The position numbers and the translations under genes are program-made. A stretch of DNA of 37,740 bases, from the IMG/VR virus record IMGVR_UViG_3300042988_000213, positions 1 to 37,740 of that record; one strand, given 5' to 3'. This document shows positions 7,891-16,800 of the stretch, in pieces. The first letter of the stretch is position 1, and each line of letters begins with the position of its first letter. Under the pieces are notes generated by a model. The model was given only the letters and a program-made list of their open reading frames with translations. It had not been told where the DNA came from and did not search any database. This DNA is from a virus (Duplodnaviria; Caudoviricetes).

Positions 7891-10800
7891 ATGAAGTTCG
7901 ACATCAATGCAGCCCGCAGCTCCGGGTATTCCGACGACGAGATCGCTGAATACCTGGCAACAGAAAACAAGTTTGATCTGAGCGGGGCGTTGAAGTCTGG
8001 CTACAGCGCATCGGAGGTTATCGGCTTCCTGTCCGGGGCCGACGCGGCACCGGTTGAGGCGGTGACCGACACCGGCGACGAGTCTGCTCGCCTTGCCGCC
8101 AGGTACAAGGCACCTGAAAAGCCCGGCCTGATTGAGCGCGCGGCCAGCGCAATCTCTTCGGTGCTGCCAAAGCCCGTGGACCCCATGGGCATTGCCTCCG
8201 GCAAACCGTTGGGTAGCACGCCGATTCGGGCCGAGGAGCCCGTAAAGCAGTCCAAAGCACCTACCCCCTACCGCGACCGCCGCGAGGCGCTGGACGACGC
8301 CGTCAACCTGCTGGAGGAGGGTGCTGATCAAGGTGCTGTGACCGAGGCCTTTGGAAAAGCTGGCATCAAGTTTGACGAGATCGTTGCTCACGGCCAGAAG
8401 CGCGGCAGCGAATACTTCAAGCAGCAGACTGTGCCTCAGGTTGACACCGAGGTTGCGCGCCTTGCTGCCCGCTACCCAGCTCCGCAGACGACCGATGAGA
8501 TCAAACCCTACGAGACGAGCGTTGGCGAGGACATCGCCAACTTCGCCAAGCGGGTGAGCGGCCGCTCAAGCCAGGCCTTTACCGGCTTGCTGGCCAACAC
8601 CGGCGTGATCAATGAGGATCAGGCAGCCGCAGCGCTGGCGCGCGACGAGCGACGCATTCAGGCAGCCCGTGCGCCTGAGTCCATTCAAGCCGGGTTTGAG
8701 GAAATTGGCCAAGCCAAGACCTACGGCGAGGCGGTGACTGCACTGGCCCGCAACCCGGGCGCTACGGCCACCATGCTGGCTGAGTCTGTGCTGATGACGG
8801 CCCCTGTGCTGGCAGCTTCTGCAGCTCGCCTGCCAGCCGTTGGTTTGGCTGCCGCCACCGGCGGCTTCTCCGCATCGCTCGAGTACGGCGGTGCCATGGC
8901 TGACGTGCTGTCTGAGCGCCGCATCGACATGCTCGACGCCAACAAGCTGGCGGCCGCTCTGAAAGACCCAGAGATCATCGCCGAGATCCGTGACAAGGGC
9001 ACGAAGCGCGGCCTGACCATCGGTATCATCGACGGCCTGACCGCAGGCATTGCCGGCAAGTTCCTTGAGCCCGTCCAGAAGACCATTGCAGCAGGCAAGC
9101 TGGCATCCGACGCCGCTCGCCGGGCAACCGTCGGCGCATGGGCCAAGGAGCTTGGCGTGCAGGTCGCAGGCGGCTCTGGCGGCGAGTTCGCCGCGCAGCA
9201 GTTGACCGGCGAAAACAAGCCCGCAGACGTGCTGCTTGAGGGTCTGGGTGAAGGCGTCTCGGCTCCGTTTGAGGCTCGGTCCAACCTGGCCGCATCTCGC
9301 AAGCTGGATCCGCTCCAGCAGATCGCTCAAGAGATTGAGGGCACAAACATTGACGTGGCCGGTGGCGTGGATGGACGTGTCCGCACGCTGCTCAACCCCA
9401 ATGCCTACGACTCAACACTGATCAGCCCCGAGCAAACAACGCGCCAGGCTGGCGACGTCGGGCCATCCGCGCCAGTGCAGACTCAGGACGCCTCTGCTCC
9501 TGCCAACCCGCAGCGCACACGCCTGATTGAGCTGGAGACCGTTGCACGCGGCGGCACCTCGTACACCTACCCAACGGCTGGCGGAGAGTCTGTCACTGTT
9601 GAGATCCCTGAGGGCCGCTCGCTTTCTGAGCAGGAGCGCACAGAGCTTGGCGACCTGCGCATGGGACGGTCTCAGCCTATCAGCTTCACGCCCGCCGACA
9701 GCCCAACCGCCCGGGCTGGACTGGCTCCGATCGTGGTGCCTGTGCCATCTGGCGCGCCCATTACGCAGGAGCAGAAAACCGAGCTGCCTCCTGTCAACCC
9801 AGAGATCGAACAGCAGTTCGGCCTCGACACACTTCGCATGGGGACAACCAATGTCGGCACAACTGGCGGAACTGGAGCCGCGCCTGCAGTGGGCGGTGTC
9901 GCAGGGAGCGATCAGCGTAGCGGAGGCGTGGACCTTCCAGGACTTGATGCTGCTGGCACCGGACAACTCAGTGGTGGAGATGCCGGACTGCCTGCAACCA
10001 ATGCTGGGGCGGATGTTCCTGCTCGAGGTGCAGGCGGACAACCGACTGCCAGCCTGAGCGCAGAAAATAACAATGCTGTAGGCCAGCCGGTCGAGCAGTG
10101 GGTCGGCCGCAAGGGCGGTGGCTACGAGACCGAGGCCGATGCGAAGCAGGCTCTGCCTGGCCGCCAGCGCATGTTCCCCGCCCTTGATTGGACGGTCGAG
10201 CAAATGCCAGGAGGCAAGTTCCGCCTGGCCGGGTATGAGCAACAGAGTTCGCAGCCTGCTCCCACTGTGGGCACCACGGAGGCAGGGGCCGGGGTTACCC
10301 AGCCGACGCAGGCTGCGCCTATCACATCCGAAACCGCCAGCAGCGCTCAGGCCGCGCCAGCACAGGGTCCGGCTATCACATCCGAAACCGCCGCACCCAT
10401 CACTGCCCCCAGCGGCAAGCCTTTCAGCACCGAGAAAACCGCCGCCGTATATGCGCAGCAAAACGGCATCACCGGCTACAGCACCGTCAAGATGGACGGT
10501 GGCTGGGTCATCAAACCAACGGAGACGACCCTTGGCACTCAAGCCCCTCAAGCCATCCAAGCAACGCAAGAAGGACAGCAAGCACCAGCCGTCGGTGGAG
10601 CTGCAACCACTGCCAGTTCAATTCGACAGCCCCAAGCGGGAGTACTGCGCAACGCACCGACTGGCGGAAGCATTGAGTCGCAGCAAATCCGAGACACCTA
10701 CCAAGCAGAGCTAGACGCAGTCAAGGAGCCGATCAAACTCAACGCGCCAACGCCAGAAGCAGAAGCGCAAGTTGAGGGCTTTGGCAACGCACTTGGCAAG

Positions 10801-13800
10801 GTGTTTGGCATTGACCGCCCGGTCGTGGCGTTCAGCGACTCCACAGCCCCCAACGGTTTTGCGTTCAAAGGTCAAGCGTTTGTCAATACAGCCGACGTCG
10901 AGATCGGGGTTCAGCGCACCTCGCTGCATGAATTCACGCACCTGATCGAAGCGATTGCAGAAGCCGACACGCAGTCCGGCAAGACAGGCACTGCCGCACA
11001 GAACTTCATCAAGCAGATCTACAGCGTCTTTGATGACGTGTCGGATGACTTCAAGCGCGTCTATGTCGAGAAATACCTGCACGCTGCTGATCTGAAAGAT
11101 CTCAAGGGCGACGAGCGAGAAGCCGCTATTCAGGGTTACCTGAAGAGCCAGAAGCTGCGCTCGGAGATCACCGCAGACTTCATGGGCAACCGCGCCAACG
11201 ACCGCGCCTTCCTTGAGGACCTGGCAGAAAAGGACCCCAACGGCTTTGAGTCGTTTGTTCAGAAGTGGATCTCGTTGATCGACAACCTGATGCAGAAGCT
11301 GCGCGGCGCTCCCGCTCAGGAGCGCGGCCCACAGGCTGCCGTTGACCGCGCCGTCAAAGACTTGGCCAAGGCTAAGATGGTTGCCCGCGATGCGTTGATT
11401 GCTTACCGCAAAGGCAGCATGAAGGAGCGCCGACAGGCTTCTTCTGCGGGCGTCACGCAGGGTCGGGTGACCCAAGCCACAGCCATGGCAGGCAACTCTC
11501 AGCCGATGGCATCCAACCGCGCCGCTCCTGAGACGCCTGAGTTCAAGAAGTTCTTCGGCAACTCAAAGGTTGTGGATGCCGCTGGCAATCCCATGGTGGT
11601 CTATCACGGAACCAACGCTGATGTCACCGCTTTTGACGACACAGCCTCTGGTGCCAACTCGGGTAATCGAGGCTTCTTGGGTCGCGGTTTCTATTTCAGC
11701 AGCAGCCCGCAATCGGCGTCAATGTATGCAGGCGTGACTCGACCGCAAGGCACAGACACATGGCGTCGCACCGATGGCGGAAACGTCATGCCGGTGTATC
11801 TGTCACTGCAGAACCCGCTCGAGATCAGCGAGAAGGGCCTGTCGAAAAAGGCGGCAGACGCACTCAACTCCGTGCCCGTCACGGGCCTCAAGTTCTTTGA
11901 GGGTGATCGCGGCGTCGACGGCGATCTGGCCCTTGCTGTCGAGCAGAACCCGGAGTTGTCCGACGCGATTCGCAGCGCACTCACCGCACTCGGCTACGAC
12001 GGTGTGATTGTCGATGGTGGCCGAGAGATCGTTGCCTTCCGTCCCGAGCAGATCAAGTCTGCCACCGGCAACGACGGTCAGTTCGATGCGTCGAACCCAG
12101 ACATCCGTCGCAGCAACCGCGCTGCTACTGAGGCCAACAAGACAGTCGACGTCAACGGCGTTGAGCTGCCTCTCAATGATGATGGCACCGTCACGTTGTA
12201 TCACCATACTGATAAAGCGAGCGCCGATCAGATCCGCGCAAGCGGCCAGCTGCGCTCCAAAGGTGAGCCAGATGTCTACCTCACCACGCGCCAGCAGGCG
12301 GACACCGGCTACGGTGACACTGCCGTAGCGGTCCAGGTCGATCCGGCCAAGCTGACGCTGGATGACGAGTTCCCCGATGGGCGCACCGACTTCCGCATGA
12401 GCGTCGGCAAGCCAGGTGGTTCTGTTTCAGTTGTCGCTGAGCAAGGCGACAACGTCATGCCGCCAGAGCAAATCAATGCCGACGGCATCATGTTCTCTCT
12501 GCGCAAGGTCGAGGAGATCAACGACGCGCCAGAGATCACGATGAAGGATTTGGTCGGACAGACGGTGTTCCCGATCCTTGCCGACCTGACCGCCGCTGGC
12601 TACGTCTACATGGGCAAGGAGCTGCGTGGCGGCCCGTACTACACGCTGTTGCCATCGAACTCCAAGGCTGGCCTGATCTGGGCCAACGACGGCAAGGGCG
12701 TGGCCAGCATCAAGAACAAGAAGGCTGCACGCGGTGTGATCGGCTTGATCGTGGCGATGAAGCAAGACTCGCACGCGACCAACAACACCGTTGCCAATAT
12801 CATCTTCCGCGCTGTCGAGGACGAGATCCAGAAGGGCTCTGTCGCCAAGGCAGACATTCCCAAGCTGGACGACATCGTGCGTGGCCTTGCCACCCGCACC
12901 GCCACCAAGACCCGCAAGGTCGACGGCAAGAAGGTCAAGGAAACGAAGCAGGTGTTCCCGAAGTTCGCTGACTTCCCCGGCTTCAGCGACCGCGCTGCGT
13001 CCGAGAAGTTCCTGCGCGCCATGCCATTTGAGGCGCGCGGCCTGTTCTTTGAGGAGATGACCAAGCCCACCGTCGAAGACCTGGGCCTCGGCGTGATCCG
13101 AAAGGTGATCAACGACACGGTCGAGCCAGACCTTCGTGGCCTAAACATGGGCGACGTGGTCATGGCCATCCGCTTCGATCCCAACGCTGACACGATCGAG
13201 CTGGGCGAGAAGACTGGCACACCGGAGCACGACTCCTACCGCTACGGCGTCAAGGGCGAAGTGATCGGCAAGTTCAAGCGTCCGATCTCGTTCGAGAACG
13301 TGTTTGTCGAGCTGATGAAGGAGCGCCGCGCCGCTGGCAAGGATCGCCCTGCAGGCAACTACCGCTCGCTCACGCTGCGCAAGCCCGAGCAACTGATCAC
13401 TGAAGAGATCGCAGGCGGCGTCGGTCAGGAGAAGTACAAGACGTTCAAGACCCCGGCCGAGGCCAAAGCTGCCGTTGCTGTTGCAGCCATGGACTGGAAG
13501 GTCATCGACCGCCCCGCAGCCGCAGGCGTCAAGGAGTTCTTGCGCACGGCCCGCATCTACGGCGAAGGCAAGGTGCCATCGTTCGGTGAAGCCAAGATGC
13601 TGATCAAGGATGGGCGTCTGCGCATCTTCCGCTTGGCCAACACCGAGAGCTGGTTCTCGATCGAGAGCCGTGGCAACAAGCGCGTGATGACTCACGCCAT
13701 GGTTGCGCAGCCGGGCGTTGAGCGCGACATGCTGTTTGGCGACATGGTGTTCCAAGCGCGCGCCAACGGTGCCACGCACATCGAAGAGGGCGGCAAGGTC

Positions 13801-16800
13801 GAGCCGATCACCGAGCAGAAGGCAATGCGCCGCGTTGCTCCGATCGTCAGCGAGTTGTCTGAGATGCCGGATGCCGACATCAAGAACTTGGGCATCGACC
13901 CCAAGGAAGTCGACCGCCTGAACGGGTTGATTGGTGAGGGCGAAGAGGAATTCTCAGCAGAAGCGCTGCCCGTCTACAGCAACCGCGTGACTGATACACC
14001 CGCCTTCAAGCGCTGGTTCGGCGACAGCAAAGTGGTGGACACCGAGGGCAAGCCGCTGATCATGTATCACGGCACCGCACAAGACATTTCGACATTCCGC
14101 GCAAAGCAAGCCAAAGCAATCTTTGTCACAAGCGACCCCGATTTTGCTGAAGGTTTTGCTGGTATGAGCGAGGCGTGGATGCTCAAGAACTATGAGCAGG
14201 TACTGACTCAGGAGCAAATTGAGGCGGCATTTGACGAGGCAGAATCCGCGATTCGTCAAGAACTGAGGTCTGCGGTCGTCGCCGATGTCGAGGTTGCCAA
14301 GCTGCGGGGTGGCAAGCCAACTGGCATTGCGCAAGAGAAGCTGTCCGCCGCGCTTTCTGAGCAGATGCCATCCGGGCCAAACATCATTCCCGTCTACGTC
14401 AGCGCTCAAAACCCGTTTGATTTTGAGAATCCAGATCACATTGAGATGCTGAAAGAGTACGAGCGGGACAATCGCTACACGCCGCGCAGCATCAGCTTCT
14501 CGATCGGTTCGATTGAGACCGGCTACTGGGAAGAGATCGAAAGGCCGACAATTCAAGCAGCCCTTAAAGACTTGGGTTTTGATGGCTTCTACGTGGAAGA
14601 GGATGGCAAGAAAAACCTTGCCGTCTACAAGCCTGAGCAACTGAAATCCGCCATCGGCAACAACGGCGAGTTCGATCCGGCCAACCCTGACATCCGCATG
14701 AGCAACCGGGCTACGTTCCGCGAGGACATTCCCCGCGAAGAGTGGCTTGCTGAAAAGATCGAAGACGCAGAACTGGGCGGCAAGAACGAGTTTGGTGTGC
14801 CTCGCCGGATGGGTCCTGCGACCGGGTACTTCAGCCGGCCATTGAATTTGCCGACCTACCTTCTGGGCACGCTGCGCGGCGAGCGCGGTGAGCAAGAGAA
14901 CGTGCGAGAGTCTTCGCTCGAGTACATCCGCAGCAACTGGGATGAGGTCAAGCAAGAGCCAGCTTATGTTGAGGTCGATCCGTTTGGGCGCGCATGGGTA
15001 AGCGAAGGAAACCACCGAATCATGGTTGCCCGCGAGCTTGGAGAGAAGACATTCCCGACAGAGGTGAAGTACTTCAGCGGCGGACAACGAAAGGCTGGGC
15101 CATGGGCTCCTGATGAGTTGCTGCAACTGGATGAGCGGGTTGACATCCGCGCAAGTAACCGCGTGCTCGAGGACCGCAGCGGCTTGTCGCGGTTGCCTTA
15201 CCAAGGGTATGTCAAAGCTGAAGTCCCTCGCGTGCAGGCGGCCCGCAAGATGGCTGGCATCTTGGCCAAGCTGGATGCTGGCCAGATCACGCAGAATGAG
15301 TTCGAGCTGCAAGTGCGCGAACTCTCCGAGCGCATGGCCTTGGTGTCGGCCACCAAGGACGCCAACAAGATCGTCAGCGAGCGCGCGCGTGGTGCTGACA
15401 TCGTCCGCGAGAAGCTGATTGCTGCCCGTCGTCGCGGGGAGATTGAGTCGGACACTGCAGAGTTCGCCCTGTGGGCGCTGCAGCAGAACCCGGCTATGGC
15501 CGAAGGTCTGGGCATCTCGGTGCGTGAGCAACCGGAGAACCAGCGCGGTGCGGCTGGCGACTACAACCCTGCAGCCGCAATCATGCGGGTGTTCAAGGGC
15601 GCATCCAAAGCCACCACTGCGGTCCACGAGATCCTGCACCACACCGAGCGCATGATGCCCGAGGCAGTGCAGACCGGCATCCGCAAGGAGTGGGCGAAGG
15701 CCTACGCCAAGGCACTGAACAGCGCCAAGCCAGCGCAGCGCGAGGCGCTGGAGAAGATGCTCGCGGCGATGGCTGGTGACCAGAAGGCTCAGGCCGATGT
15801 GCGCGATGCGTTCAACGACGGCACGCTCGATGCAGACGTCCACTACCAACTGGTCAACCCCAGTGAGTTCTGGGCCGTCAACGCGACCGACATCCTGCAG
15901 CGCCGCTACGAGGCGGGCTCTTGGATTGGCAAGGCCAAGCAGTGGCTGCGTGAGATGGTGCAGAAGGCCAAGGGTCTGGTGGGCATGCGCTCAAACGCTC
16001 CCGTGCTGCGTGGCCTGGAGGCTGTGCTCAACAGTGATGGCGAGCGTCAGTCGAAGAAGATGCTGTCTGAGGGCAAGGTGTTTGAGGACATCTCTGCGCC
16101 CGATACCAATGCGTTCAAACGCTGGTTCGGCGACAGCAAGGTGGTGGATGCTGAGGGTAGGCCGCTGGTGGTGTATCACGGCACTGGCTCGGACATTACT
16201 GCGTTTGATGCCAAGAACCCTCGCATGCGAGATGGCAAGCTTGGCAAAGGCATCTATCTGACTCCGTCCACTCAAAAGGCGAACTTCTTTGCGAACTTGC
16301 GCGCAAAAGATGGTAGCCCTAACGTGATGCCGCTGTACGCCGCAATCACCAATCCATTTGAGATTTTTGGAGAGAGCAATAGGCCCGTCTCTGGAGTTGA
16401 CCAAGCTAGCCTGATTGCGAAAGGATACGATGGCGTTGTCCTTTACGGCGACGACGGTGCCATGCAAGAGATCGTCGCCTTCCGTCCCGAGCAGATCAAG
16501 TCCGCCATCGGCAACAACGGTGAGTTCGATCCAGAGAATCCTGACATCCGCAAGAGCAACCGCGTGCAGCCCACCGACTGGCGCGACGAGGCTGGCCGCG
16601 TCCGGTTCATGCCCGGTGCAGTGGCCTACCGCTACGCAGCCGACATCGCCAACAAGCTGCTCGACAAGACCCCGCTGATCGGCTCGCTCAAGCCCATCGA
16701 CAAGGACCTCGCGCTGGCCATGCGCCGCATGAAGACCGAGATCGAGAACGCACAGACCCGCACCGCTGGCGTGGCCTCCAAGTTGGGTGAGCTGCCAGAG

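Noticed and set aside
12025-16563. ART-end DNA repeats as DGR TR/VR pairs
   Set aside because: Differences are mostly synonymous and not adenine-specific; all copies are coding; no RT gene is seen.
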